Positions 35,967 through 55,576 of a stretch of 64,000 nucleotides of DNA are shown here, one piece after another (position 1 is the first letter of the stretch; every line of letters begins with the position of its first letter). The notes under the pieces are model-generated. The model did not search any database. It saw only the letters and a program-made list of their open reading frames with translations, and was not told the origin of the DNA. Origin of the DNA: Ancylonema sp. Taxonomy: Eukaryota. Made by a program: the position numbers and the translations under genes. The stretch is taken from contig JBFLGF010000016.1 in NCBI GenBank assembly GCA_050230475.1, positions 1 to 64,000 on the forward strand, read 5' to 3'.

Positions 35967-36821
35967 GGCAGAGGTTGCTCCCGTGTCAGCGCTCAACCTT
36001 CCAAAGAAGGTACCGTGAGTTGGTTGATTCCGCAATCAACTTGGAATATTTATCCTAATTCTTTGCAGTCGTCCACCTAACGAACAACGTGATAAATTGT
36101 TTGACTTTACAGTGTCCTCAAATGTGCACTCAACTTCTTTTCACTCCAAGGCCGTGGGAACCAGCGCAGCACCAATGCTATGAAGCATACCACAGAGATA
36201 CTGCCCGAATGATACGACTGTGCGACTTTAACGTAAAGGGACCTCTGTGTGTGCTTTGCGACGAGCCCTTTTATCGATATATGGTTTGCGGCTGCTGTCT
36301 CCGTGTGCTAAACAGGGGAAACTCTCAGCTCAATCGACGATGACTTTTCCCCCTTTCTCTGCTGCTTCGGCGCGGGCGAAGCAGCACGGGAAAAGAGACA
36401 GACGAGAATTTTGCCAAACAAGTGGCAGAAAACGGCAGTAATCCTTTGTTGCCAGTCGGCAAAAAACATTTTCCTCTGTGTGTTCGTTATAACGGATGTT
36501 CATAGCCAGCTGGACTTGAATCTGTTCAGAAGCCGCCATGGACGGAAGGACAGTGGCAGAAATAACTGGGAGGTGCTCCCAGAACCAGGAGCTACGGTTT
36601 AGACTGAAATGTAAGGTGGTTGCAGAGCTCTTACCACACGTCCAGGAAGTTCTTCATGGGAATGTTTCGATCTGCAGCATTGATTGTCGTTTCCCGGGTT
36701 GATACCCTCGAGTGCGAATTCGTAGGCACGTAGTATCAGCAACCCATTGTCGTTTATTTCGCCAGCGTTCCAAGCGTAGCCCAATCCTGGCATTCTTGAG
36801 CAAGACGAGATCTTGAGCAGC

Positions 36822-39545
36822 ATGAAAGTTCGAGTAGCTTCGCTTTTCAAGGGCGTGCGGCAGGCGGCTGATCGTCGATGCAGGAGCCCAATTGGCTCTC
36901 TTCCAGGAACTTCAGGATATGATGTGGGGGTTCGCTCAGGACGTGAATCTTCAATTGTATTCTCGCTGCTGAGATTTGGCGACGCGAAAAATGTGTCACA
37001 CCCCTCTGATACAGGGTCCTATACCCCCGCAGTTCCTACGTGCGACCGCAGTGGATTTTTCCCCTTTCTTTCGGAAGTATCTAGCAATAGATTCGCAACC
37101 ACCAGCTCATCACAGGGTTGGCTATCCTATACCTTTTCACCCCAAACCAGAAACTCCCTATTACAGTCGGACATTTGTACTTCCCCTGTACGGTCACTCA
37201 TGACTTCCTCAATATATCAGGCTGCTTCAACCTCCACCACCCCCCTCCCTCGTGTCATTCCACCTGGTGGCTTCTTAAACCTCACATCCTTGAAGGACAG
37301 GCCTGGTGCTAGGCAGAATAGCAAGAGGCTGGGTAGGGGTATAGGGTCTGGTAAGGGTAAGACTGCTGGACGCGGTCACAAAGGGCAGAAGGCTCGGGCT
37401 GGGAGGAAACCAAGAATCGGATTTGAAGGTGGCCAGACGCCTCTCAGATTGACCTTACCAAAGCGCGGATTCCACAATCCCTTCAAATTAGAGTATCAGG
37501 TAAGCAAAACGATTTGCAGGACGATTTGCAGCTCTCAGGGTTCAGGGATAGGGGTCTGGGGCCTCTCAGCGACCATTTGGAGATTCTTTGACATACATGT
37601 GGAAGATACTCCTTCCAGAACGATTCGAGAGGACTGGGTGTGGTCGCTGCAATCTAATTACTGTCTACTTTGGTCCAGCACATAATTGTCGGAACTCATG
37701 CTGATTCAAGATGGGACTGCTTTGGTGCACAGTAGAAGTAATGGAAGTGAATCTTATCGGTGGACGAGAACTCTACTCTTCTCCTCTTCTCAGCATGCAT
37801 TGAGTGTCAAAGTGAAAGCCTTACCTTTCCGGGCCACCAAATTGTGTATAGATATTTTTACCGAATGTTGAACTGAAGAAGCGGTGGAAGTTATTCGGTT
37901 TGCGTGACTTTACTGACAGTTGCTGATGTGGCATTTTCCACGCAGGTCATCAATCTGGCAAAAATTCGGCAAAAGATCAAGGAAGGGCAGATCGATTCCC
38001 GGAAACTCATCACCATGAAGACATTGAAGGTAAATACCGAGCACTGAATCACAAACCCTGGCAAATCTGTGCGGAATATGGAAAATCTGTACGGAATATG
38101 GCACAACTCGGCAGAATTCGACATAACCTGGCAGACAATCAAAAGGCCTTGTCCTCCACTCCCAACTGCTTCTGTTTCCCAATAACGGCTCCCCAGTCCT
38201 TTGCACTTGAACCCCCCAAGCCTCATGCCAGCTGTCCAAAATCCCTTGCACCATAAACCCTGGTTCTGCTGCCACCTGTACTCAACCACATAACAGCATA
38301 CCCGTAACCCCCATAAGCCCCACAATCCTAGACCTCATAACCCCATAACCCCCATAACCCCCACTACCCAACAACCCCATACCCAGGTCGCCTCTGACTG
38401 CTGTATATTTTGACCACAATGCACTGTGGAGCTGCTTCCTCTGGCCTTTGACTGCTGCTCTTGGCCTCGTGTGGGCTCACGTGGGCTCGTGTGGGCCTGT
38501 AGGCCTGTCTGGCACTGCTGTAGCTGGAATCTGGGAAATTGTGCCCTCGCAAGTTGAGAGCTATGGGTTCTGTCTGAAGAAGTAGAGCACATATATGGCA
38601 GCTTTTACTCTATTGTTACATGTATGTACACGCATTTATCTATCACCTTACGCGACCAACATAGTACCATTGTAGTACCTCAATAGTACACGTAAGCTCT
38701 GACCTTAACGTGGAGAAACAACATCTGGTCTTTGCACGGTAGGCAGTACATATCTTGTCCAGTGTGAGCTTTTTCTTCACAACTCATGCCCTTGACTAGT
38801 AGAGCTGACCATACCCCATGCACTACCTTCCTTCTCTTTCATTTTTTCGTCCAGGATGCGGGCGCTATTGGGAAGGCGATGCGTGACGGCGTGAAGCTGT
38901 TGGGCGGAGGATCAACAACTTGGAAGTTGCCGCTGCACATAGAGGTGAGATTTGCGTGACGAGAAGGCGTGTGACCCCTAGTTGATCTGGATACGGCAGT
39001 TGAAGCATTCTCATGTTTTCTCTCCGTGGAGGTGGCGATACAAATGCTTGCGACAACTTTGTGACATGACACTTCCACTTCCACACATCCGATCAGGGCA
39101 TATTTTTATGGCCTCGTCACTAAATTATATTGTCAATTAGAGACATTGCTTGCCTTTGTCACTCTTCTTGTAGTCGTTCCTAAAGCCATTCTTCACACCC
39201 TCAAAACCCAACCCATCGAGGTGCTCAGAACCGAAATATCGCATCGTGTGTTTGATTGAGTATTCTATTCTCACAACATCCGCGAACATGGTTGATGCAT
39301 TTCAGGTCAGTCGGGTATCCGCCCGTGCCAAGGAGGCCATTGAGGCGGTGGGAGGTAGTGTGGTGAAAGTCCATTACAACAAGTTGGGGTTGAGAGCCCT
39401 ATATACCCCCGAGTGGTTTGCGAAGAAGGGCCGACTATTACCCAAACCAGCTAGACCGCCTCCTAGCCTCGTGTCGCAAGTGGATGCCATTGGACGTCTT
39501 CCGGCGCCAACAGAGTTGCCTACTGTGACTCAAACGAATGCTTGA
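36822..39545 (+). CDS. RPL15: Ribosomal protein uL15, bacterial/organellar type, probably mitochondrial (4 exons)
   Basis: Exons 36822-37499 (long transit peptide; [39 protein letters not shown]), 37946-38029, 38855-38944 (GVKLLG) and 39306-39545 ([28 protein letters not shown]). All are GT-AG and in phase. Confidence 0.93.
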
Positions 39546-40502
39546 TGACCTCTTCTTGGGATACTTGCTCTTGTTGTTAATAACTTGAAGGGAATCAATT
39601 TCTCCAACATCTTGATGAGACTCTGTGGTGTGAATTCAATGCATGAGGGCTGACCATATATATCATAATTGGCGTTGAGTGATCGGATCCGATGGCCTTG
39701 AAAACACACAAAGTGTGTAGAAAAGCAAATACACTAAGGGTTTCATGACGGTCTGCATAAACTTCGCAACCCAATTTTTCTTTGCGTTGCACAAACGCAT
39801 TTTGATGTGGTTTTATGGTGGATGTTTGCTCCGTGGCCTATGAAGTAGTTTAAAGCATTGTGGTATGCAAATTATTGCTTTAGCAAGATTGATGCTATTG
39901 CAAGACTATAGCAACTTAAGCACTACCTTCTTCGCGTTCCTATTTCAACAAGCCTACACGCCTTGTGAACCTCCCATGAGGGTATTTAGTATACTTGTCG
40001 CAATTATGAGCTAGCAAGAGTTCCTTTGCCACAAGCATTATGATCTACATCTGTTGCAAGCAATGCCTCTGTAAGTAGTCATGTGGAAGTGGTTTAGTTG
40101 CTTTTACCAACTGGTCGGACTTTTGGTCTTGTTTGTAGAATATGGTCGTACATGAAGTGGTCTACCCGATTCGGGGAGAGCACTCTCCTTGTGTGGATGT
40201 TTGTACTGTCATGTCGTCCTTAATGCATGGTACCCGCTAGAGTCGTATGTGCACCGAATTCAATGAGAGAAAATTATGGGAGGGTGAGGGGCGAATATGA
40301 ACATTGCTTGTGGTCTCGAAACGAGAGGGAGGAAAATACAATCTTGACATCGCACAAGAGTATTCTAAGAATCCTTATAAATTGAGCATGACCAATGGAA
40401 GATAAGCCACCGTAGTATTCTGTGAATTGTGCGTATGTCTACCGTATTGTCCCGTGGCCACACATAATGACCCTCAAGTATTCATGAAAAGGGTGGGTCG
40501 AG

Positions 40503-40830
40503 TATTAGTTTTTAGGGTCAGTGAACTTTTGTCAGTATATCGATTTTAGGCTTTGTTCGGAAGTTAAGTTTCCAGTTTTGATGATCTGGCACAATACTTG
40601 ATTACGATTGGTGTTGACTAGTAGTTCTGATCAGTAGAAATCCTTGACTAGGAGGGGTAATGGATCACACGCGATTGTACTGAGTCAGAGCTTGCACGCA
40701 GAATTCTGCAATCAATCAATCTACCTCAAACTTGCACTTTTGTTGTTTGTGTTTGTAAAGCTGTGAATGTTTGTTTCAAGAGTGTGAAGACTGTTACTTC
40801 TTGCATCGATGGCAGAAGATAGCAGCAACA
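40503..40830 (+). repeat. 5' LTR of copia element 1
   Basis: Direct repeat of 48554-48960, lacking ~78 bp present in the 3' LTR. Ends CAACA before the PBS. Confidence 0.92.
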
Positions 40831-41019
40831 GTGGTATCAGAGCAAGGTACTGCATTTTAGATGGAGACGAAAATCAATATATCAATATATCAATATATCA
40901 ATATATCAATATAGCCTGGCAATCCAAGGCATCTGCAACACTCGATGACGCAGACTGTCTTGAGATCTGCAAGGGAATAGAAACAGAACCAGAGGAAGTT
41001 TATCCAGCATATGATGACG

Positions 41020-44000
41020 AGCATTGGATAGGCGTAGCTCCGTCAATCGTATTGTAGTTGTTTTCTCCGAAACTTGCGCAAGTGTGCGACCGGTCGCTTC
41101 AATTTTTGGACGTATAGCTTCTCGAATGTTTGTGTGACATGTAGTTGCGAGGTACACGAGGGTATTCGTTTCCCAATGTTGTAATGTTGGTTCAAATTCA
41201 TCCTCTTGTATTGTAGGAATGATCGACACCGTTCGATGTTGTAAATTATTTTCCAGTACATGGAACTCGTAGTCCGCCAGTACGTCGTCTTCATGTGTTG
41301 ACACAAATATTGTTTCATCTTCTCTGCCCAGTATATCACTGGATGTGCCTATTTCCATTTCCATATATTGAGCTTTTGGGGTTGGCAGCAGGGTGAGGCT
41401 GGTGGTGAGCAATGCCGATGGAAGCCATTTGCTTGCCTCCTTTATCCCAGTCGACATGGTAATGAAATCTATTCGATGAGTCCATGTGTCGATGACTGCT
41501 CCAATCGATCCCATAAATGCATTCCCGGGAAGCACCGAGAATGCATCTGATGGTGACAAATGTAAATTTGTAAATACAATGGCTTGGTTTGCACCTTTGC
41601 CAATGCTGATCGGAAATTTATTTTTGGTTGCACCAAGCGACGTGTGAATATCTCCACATGCCGTTTCATATGCAATGCCAGGCTCTACGTCTTGTGGTGT
41701 GATACCCAAAGCTCTCGTTAAGCTCTTTCCAATGATGACATTGCCAGCGCCCGAATCCACAATAGCGTTTTGTGCAGGAACATCTCCAATGCGCAAGTTA
41801 TCCGTGGCATTTGGGATTGTAATGATAGTCTAGTTTGCCGTTGCACGCGCTTTACTGGCTACTATTGGTGATGCGTCCACCTTTGGTAATACCGAGAATG
41901 TTGTCGGTGGTTTCAAACACGACTTTTCCGGTGGTGATGGTAGGCGAGGTACCACTTCTTCTGAATTGTCTCCAGATGGAGTATTCAGTCGTTTCAATAT
42001 GCGTAGGAGATGTGACTCCATTCGATCCATTTGTTCTTGCGTTGCTACTTGTCGTGTAGTCCATTGTTCATTAAAAATGTTGAATTGTTTTTCTGAAATG
42101 GAGGTTTGAACTGTAGCCACGGAAGTGTAAGCCGGCGTCTCTTGAACACGAGTTGTTGCAAGTTTTGGTAGAAGGTTTTTCTGAAGATCATTATACCATT
42201 CTTCTTCTTCTTCTTGAATTTGAATCAATGTCGAATATAGAGGATTATTTATCCAGCGTTTCCTTTGCTGTCGTTTGAGAATAACAATGTTGCTTTCACT
42301 CTGCAATCTTTCCTCGTAAGGCAGGTCGTGAAGCTTCTCCATTGCTTCCTCCAGTGTGACATACAATTGTCCCAGCTGCATGTACCGAAAGTCATCAGAA
42401 ACAACGGCAAATTCTTTAGTGTACTCTAGCTGCTCTTGGATCGAGTCAATGCGCACTTCGTGTTCTGTGAATGCTCTCTTCCAAGGTGTCGTATCAATGG
42501 CGTGCAGTGATTTGACGTTTGTAGGTATTTTGCGTAGTGCACCCAGAGGGCTGACACCCTCTAATAATTGTGGGTCCGTGTAAGATGGAACTACTCTGCG
42601 ATGCATAGTAGTTGATAACTTTTATCCAAATCTTTGAGTTGAAGCGCAGCTTCACTAGATCTGTCGATGACTTCTAGTCGATCGAGTTGTCCTGTACTTC
42701 CCCTCCTAAATTGATGTAGGTAGGTTCCAGTAGTTTGTATTAGAAGTTTGTAATGTAAGTGTTCGTAGTAGGAATCGACGAGTTCGATGCAGAAGTTGTA
42801 CTCCTCTACTCGGTGTTGTCGCGCTCCTTGTAAATGTTCTTAAATTAACAATTCCAGTTGAACTGCAAAATTGCTTATTCAGAACACCAAGTGCAATGTT
42901 TTCAACTCAAATGTGAATTAGATGAGTTGATTTTGCAAGCAAAAATTTTGTGTAGAAGCGTGTAAAGCACGTGTGAACAAGGGGTGGTCTAACAAGCCCA
43001 CGCGTTCGATAAGCAGTAAGTAAGGGTTTTGGCACCATGTAGTACCCCTAGATAGGCGTGGTAAATCTCTGAGCCGTGGGGCTATCTCAGAGGGGGAAAG
43101 AGATTGAATCTGAGGTGTAACCTTTGTAGGAAGATCAGGTGGGCACTAGGTCATCACAGGGGATAGAGACGGAGCTCAATGTAAGCGAACCACTGGTAAC
43201 CAGATGAAAAATCTCTGACAGGGAGTAGTCAATGCAGTCGAGAAATGTCTTTTGCAAGAGCACTTCCAAATTACAAAGACTGGTGTAATACAGCTTCCAA
43301 GTGAACGGGTCACTTGAGGGGAATGTGATAAATCACGGGGTAAAGTTAACAGCCTCTCTATTGTTAAGAGATTGGGAAGAGTGCAACCCGAAGGTGGTAC
43401 ACAGGGTAAGATTTATACCGGATAGAAGCGTCTGAAAAAGGCAGTTTGTAAAACCGGCCTCACTGCTGCAAAAACACTCCGTGGAGAGTGGTCAGACAAG
43501 TTAGCAAGGTTTGACCCTCGTTGGTTTGCAAGTTACGGACTGGAACCGCCTGCGCAATCCCAACAAGCTGGCAAGTCTCAAGGTTACGGCTCTGAGGCAC
43601 GACTTTTCCTTCGGACTGCCGAACTTGTTGATCCAATCAGACAGTTTTGGTGTGTAAAGTTGTTGACCGCTGAAGGGTCGTATCGTGTACAAATGTTGTT
43701 TGACCCGCAATAGGATCCTTCTGTGTAAGAAAATTGGGGTGTCGCTATGGACGGACAACGGTAAAACGTAACTTTGCCAGATGCCAGATGCAAAAATCGA
43801 TACAAGATGATGCAGGTGGGCACACAAGTGTCCAGGATATGATGTGCAGATCTAAACAACCTAACAACAGCAAAAACTGCTGGTTGTCTAAGATGCCAGA
43901 TGCAGATCTACACACAACTTTTCAATGAATCTAGGCAATATGACAAATTCAAAGATTTCACAGATTTCACAGGTTTCTGCAAAAATTACAAATTTTGCAA

Positions 44001-45130
44001 CCTGGCAATTCTACACGAAACAGTCCTTCACAAAATTCCCAGAATCTTGTAAATCGATAGTCAGATCTGAACAAAGTTCACAAAAAAATGCGCACGGACA
44101 AATTTTCTACCTCTAGTTGCAATAGCGCGCAACGCTGAAAGCACACAAGATTGATGACAGGAAAACAAAAAATCTGGTAATTTCAGCTATTCGGCCCTTT
44201 CGCTGAATTTAAGGAGTTTGGCACGCTTGAATCGCGGTAGTGATCGTAAAACGATCACCGAAACGTCAGCAGGAACGGTAACTTGACTCGTTACTCTCTC
44301 GCTGCGGGCAAGCAGACAATGCTATCGACACTCTCAGGATTCTAAAAGAGTGTGAAGCAATACAATAACTAAGTAAGAACACTATAGCTATCGGTATCGG
44401 CCAGCGATGAGCTATGTATGTGTAAGTCTTAATTACTTGTAATCTGCAGTAAAGGACTTTGAGTCTGCAAACTGAGCGTAGCTCTGGCTTGCGTCGTGTG
44501 TCGTGTAAATGGGAAAAAAGGGTAAGTTGCGAAAGCGAAGTAAACACTGAAGCACGATGAGCGACAACTCGGATGTGCAAGCAGCAATGACAATAAAGCA
44601 CACTATGCAAGCAAGCAGATTGCAAGGCAAAGCACAGTAGACAGAGATACAGATTACACGAGAGCAAGATAGGATGCAAGTCTCTTCAGCGTTAGATTCA
44701 ACGAAAGCTGAATTCAGAGTTCAAAGTACAAAGGTTATATTCAAACTTCTAAAGACGACGCTAGACGCGTGGTCGATCTACAATTCAATCTCATAAACTA
44801 TGTCTCGCGCGCAATTGTCTTATCTACAATATCTATCGTCGGATATTCATCGACGGCTAACAATTATGACGAGTCATCACAAGTTGATTGCTGACTAGTA
44901 CAAAGGTGCCACGTCGGATCGACGGATAACAAATGCTAACAAATCTAATTCAAATATTGAGCGGGGGCGCAGGCTGACAACTGGAGCTCGGGAGCGGGAC
45001 CGGAGCGGGACGGAAGTTGTAGTGCGGTAGCGGAACTCTTGATTTGGCGCGGCGCAGACGTGATTTAATATAGGGAGAGATTTAGTAGATATTAGGGGTA
45101 AAATAGCTAACGATCTCAGACGTCGTGACA
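41020..45130 (-). mobile_element. Truncated Ty3/gypsy-type element (5' LTR, PBS, gag-like ORF, protease) nested antisense in copia element 1
   Basis: On -: TGTCACG...TACTACA (45130-43038) is immediately followed by PBS-like TGGTGCCAAAACCC. ORF 42606-41830 is coiled-coil and gag-like. The protease has AIVDSGAGNVIIG...FSVLPGN. Copia gag is interrupted at ~41020 and copia protease resumes at 45131. Confidence 0.75.
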
Positions 45131-48100
45131 GAAATCTGTGAAGGGCGTGTCGGTGAAGGAGATGAGAAGAGAGGCTTTCTGTGGGATGACGGTTCCAACC
45201 ATCATTCAAGTGGACAGCGACCACACTTCAAAACATTGATCGACATTCCGCAAGAAATTGTCATGCATCACCTTGTAAGCAGTGTGAGTGTCAAGCAGCG
45301 GGGAACTGTTGAGCTCGAAACGGAGGGCGAATGTGGAGGAATTACTCTGCAAAATTGTCTGTATATACCAGGGATGAAAGTCAATCTTTTCAGCGGCCAA
45401 AAAGCAAGAGCACAGGGGTGGGAGTATACATTCCAGGGACCAGCAGGTGGAATAATTCCAGTCTTGCGGAAAGATGGAAAACAGATTTGCACAATTCGTG
45501 AATCCAGCTCTGGTCGTCATACATTGATATGCACGCCATTGCGACATCATCGACAAAGTGAAGGGGAAGCGGTCGTTGCAGGTGTCGATGTGAACGTTCT
45601 GCATCGACGTCTTGGTCATGCAAATGAAAGGGTGCTAAGAGAATTGGGAAAAGCAGATCTCATGCGTGGACTTGAGGGAGGTGTTTCTGGAATCCTTGCA
45701 AATTGTGAGGGCTGCAAACTCGGCAAAGCACATGATCGACCGCATCCAAGCAGGGAACTGGGAGGAGGGGATAAAGTTTGTTTGGGAAGAATTTCAGTGG
45801 ATTTGGCGGGACCTTTTCAACCGGCGTCGCTTGGGGGAGGCGTCTACAACATGGTGATTGTCGACGAGTACAACATAAAATCGTGGGTAGAAATTCTGCG
45901 CTCGAAAAATGACGCTGCTCCTCGCCTGAAAGAGTGGATAGCAATCTGGCAACGACAAAGTGGAAACTTTGTCAAGAATCTGCGGTCAGACAGGGGAGGA
46001 GAATTCTTCGACAATGACTTTCAATTGTGGCTTCGCGGCAAAGGCATCAACCATGAGCCAACTCCTCCATTCACTCCTCAGGCAAATGCCATTACTGAGA
46101 GGATGAACAGAACTTTGCAAGATCGAGCTCGATCAATGCTTCTCCACATGCAAATTCCTCCAGATCTCTGGGCTGAAGCCATCTCTCATGCATCCTATCT
46201 TCGAAATCGCTGCAAAGTTACAAATTTACCAAAGACTCTAGAGGAAATGTGGACTAGTAGCACACCTCATGTAGATCATCTTCGCTCCTACGCCTGTAAA
46301 GTTTATGTGCGCATGGAGAAGAGAGATCGACAGGGCAAGATGGCAGCGCTGGCTTGGATAGGAGTGCTTATTAGTTGGAACTCACAAAGCCCTTGTCACA
46401 GAGTGCGGGATCCGACCACAAATAAAGTCCACAATGTTGGTCATGCGCATGCTGATTTTGACGAATCTGTTGGAGCTGGATGGTGGAGAGGGCAGAATAT
46501 CGGGAAGAAGGGAAAAATCTGTGAACTCGATGCAGCCGTCGAAATGGAGTGGCCAGATCTGGTTATGACAGACGAAAAGATTACTCGCAAAGGAAATTGG
46601 CCTTCTGTCGATGAAGGAGTTCCTGATGTTGATGGCAATCCTTTGCCTTAGCTTCCGGCACTTCCTCCTCCTGAGAATGACAAGTGTCCTGAGCTTGTAA
46701 GCAATTCGAGTGGGGATGCAAGTGATCAAGATCTGCTGAAGGATGGGCCTGAATGGTATCCTGATGAAGCAACTCCTGAGAATCCAGTCCTTGCAACTGC
46801 AAAGGACAAAATCAAAGAAGCTGTCAAGACTCCTCAAGATGAAGTTCGACGCTCAACTCGTGAAAACAAAGGTATTCCGGCAAACAGATTTGTCGCTGCC
46901 TATGTTGCTGGATTGGATGCCGAGTCAAAAACTACAGAAACGGTGGCAGAAGCTCTTAGCAGTCGAGAAAGAGGAAAATGGTAGGAGGCAATGGATGCAG
47001 AAATGAACAGTCTCAAAGAAAATGAAGTGTTTCGTCTTGTTCCCCAGCCAAAGGGCAAGAAAGTGATAATCAAAGTGGGTGTTCCGTATCAAAAAGAATG
47101 TTAATGGCTCCATTGAGAAGTATAAAGGCAAGGTCGTGGCCAAAGGTTTCGGTCAGGAAGAGGGTGTAGATTATGACCAAACCTTTTCTCCTACTGTACG
47201 GTTTGAAAGCATTCGTCAGCAGATAGCTCTAGGGGCTTCAAAGGGGTTGCATATGCACCATACGGATGTCACCACTGCTTTTCCGTATGCTCCTTTGGTA
47301 GAGGAGATGTACATGGAAATACCAGAAGGCACTGTGGGGAGGGTAAAGAGGGACTGGTGATGCTTTTGCTTCGCTGCTTGTATGGGCTCAAGCAAGCTCC
47401 TCGAGGCTAGAACCAACATATTGACGATGTGCCGAAAGAGATGGGTTTTCACCGTCTAGAGTCGGATTTTGGGCTATACATCTTGGGTGAAGGCCCACAA
47501 GCTCTTTATCTGGCTCTATATGTTGACGATATGTTTCTTTTATGCATTGAAATCAAGAAAATCTATGGTGTGAAGACAGGTCTGGGGGGAAGGTACAACA
47601 TGAAGGACTTGGGAGAGGTAGAATTCCTCTTCGGTCTCGAAATTCGAAGGCAGCCAAATGGCGATATCTTTTTGTGTCAGGAAAAGTCTGGAAAAGAACT
47701 TTTGGAGAAGTTTGGCATGAGGGAGTGCAACTCAGTATCGACACCGCTGGAGATTGGGGTCAAGTTTTGTGAGAATCTTGGGGAAGTTGCTGAGGGGGCT
47801 GCTATTGAGGGTGCTGGCTACAAGTCTGCTATGGAGAGTCTTCTCTACTTGTAATTTGGAACCCGACCAGATCTGGCTGCTGCAATAAATTCTTTGTGCA
47901 GATACAGCCAGAATCCAAGGGAGCATCATTGGGAGGGGGTTAAAAGGGTGCTGAGACATTTGCAGGGAACAATCAATTTTGGCTTGATGTATAAAAGGGG
48001 AGCAGATTTACCAGTTGTGGGCTATTCGGATGCAAGTCATGGTGATGATTCTGACACTAGGAGGGGGCGTGCTGGGTACGTGTTTCTGAGTGGAGGGGCA

Positions 48101-48484
48101 GTTGTCACCTGGAAGAGCAGTCTGCTGAAGACTGTTACTCATTCCAGCTGTGAAAGTGACTATCTGGCTTTGAGTGCAACAGGAAATGAAGCTATCTATC
48201 TCAGTCAAATGCAGAAGGAGTTGGGAATTGCTGGTGAAGGGGGTGTGTTGTTGTTGGGAGATGATGAGAGTTCGATGAAGCTTGCAGAAAACCCTGTGTT
48301 CCACAAGAGGTCTTAGCACATTGAAATAAAATATCACTCGATCAGGGAGAGGGTTGCAAAGAAGAAAATTGAGTTGAAATGTGTGAGGAGTGAGGAGCAG
48401 GCTGCAGATATACTTACAAAAGCAGTCTCTGTAAAGGTGTTGAAGGTTAACTGTGCACTTGTTGGTTTGGTTCATGAGGAGTAG
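45131..48484 (+). pseudogene. Copia pol (protease-integrase-RT-RNase H), multiple stops and frameshifts
   Basis: ORFs 45125-46651, 47079-47360, 47429-47854 and 47894-48316 carry copia motifs in INT-RT-RH order. Confidence 0.92.
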
Positions 48485-48553
48485 GGAACTTGTGAAAAAT
48501 CGATATTTGTTGCTTATAATTTTTGGAGGGGGAAAAAGTTCCCAGGGAGGGGG

Positions 48554-48960
48554 TGTTAGTTTGTAGGGTTTGTGAACTTTTGTCGGTATATCAATTTTAG
48601 GCTTTGTTCGGAAGTTAAGTTTTTAGTTTTGTCGATTTTGTCGTTTTGTCTGTCGATATGATTACGATGATTAGTTCTGGCCATTGGCAGTTTGTCGATA
48701 AGTTTAGATGATCTGGCACAATACTTGATTACGATTGGTGTTGACTAGTAGTTCTGATCAGTAGAGATCCTTGACTAGGAGGGGGCATGGATCACACTCG
48801 ATTGTACTCAGTCAGGGGCTTGCGCACGCGGAATTTTGCAATCAATCAATCTACCTCAAACTTGCACTTTTGTTGTGTGTGTTTGGAAGGCTGTGAATGT
48901 TTGTTTCAAGAGTGTGAAGACAGTTACTTCTTGCATCGATGGAAGAAGATTGCAGCAACA
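48554..48960 (+). repeat. 3' LTR of copia element 1
   Basis: TGTTAG...CAACA after the polypurine tract AGGGAGGGGG, followed by TSD TCGAG. Confidence 0.93.
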
Positions 48961-49981
48961 TCGAGTCAAATTGAATAATTCATTTTTTCAAAAAAGTGGG
49001 TCATTCTATAATGTGGGTCACGAGATAATAAGTATTTTTCATGATTTTGGGAAATTGTATATTGGGTGCGCGGGTTGGGCAAGTGGTGGTTTCTTGGCTA
49101 AGCTAATTCGTTTTGAAACACCCGGGTCATTATGTATGGTGAACAAGATGTGCACCTAAGGTCGTGGGGTGCGTAAAGTGGAGGGAGGAATGCACATTTC
49201 TTGGCCTCCGTATCGTGTACCATTTGAGTAAGTCACACCGAGTCTTTTACCTTCTGGTCACCGTCGGCCAGATATTCCTCGCCGAATGTTTGACATTCCG
49301 TACATCTTCTTGTCAAGGGCGATCGAATTTGTGAAGCGCACATCGACATCCACACAACCCGCGCATGTTCTTCCCCTCTGATTGCTTTAAGGCGATCTGC
49401 ACGAATGGAGAATCGAAACCACAACCTATGATAGCCATACATATTCATCCTCCGCCGATAGAACTTCGTATTGACAAGCCGGAGATACGGTCAACAGTTA
49501 CACATACAATATGATACAAACACGTTATCTTGTAACGAATGTGATGAATGGGACCACGACAAAGCAAGTTGTGCGGATCAACATCTTTGAACATCTTTGA
49601 TACATTGGACACTGCAATGGTCTTCGTTGACTATACTCACACGGACATTAGTGACACTTGTCATCCAGATTTCTTGGTACACCAGCACGTGTTTTTCTCT
49701 TGAAGGAGGGCAGAGGACGGATTTACTTAATCCGTCCACATGTTGCGTGGACGATTCCATATGCGACACGACTTCGAACACAACTCTTGATTGTGGCAAG
49801 CCGATTTCGGACCTCAAGGTAAACGAGCATCAATTGAGGCACAACACGCCAACTCCAATGAATAAACTAGGGCGATTTATGGTGTCAACTAGAGACGGCG
49901 CTCCTAAAATATGTTGCCACTACACTGCTTGTTCGGTTCTCAAGTACTCTCATGTTGTTGCGCCTGTAGCAACATCCGCGT

Positions 49982-55576
<5,595 letters not shown>

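Larger units (their letters stand above)
40503..48960 (+). mobile_element. Ty1/copia LTR retrotransposon (degenerate), TSD TCGAG
   Basis: 5' LTR 40503-40830, PBS TGGTATCAGAGC (tRNA-iMet) 40832-40843 and a gag start. Then protease-integrase (HRRLGH, CEGC, VDLAGP, RSDRGGEF, ERMNRTL), RT (YVDD) and RNase H (YSDAS, HIEIKYH). PPT ~48544-48553, 3' LTR 48554-48960. TCGAG flanks both ends. Confidence 0.95.
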
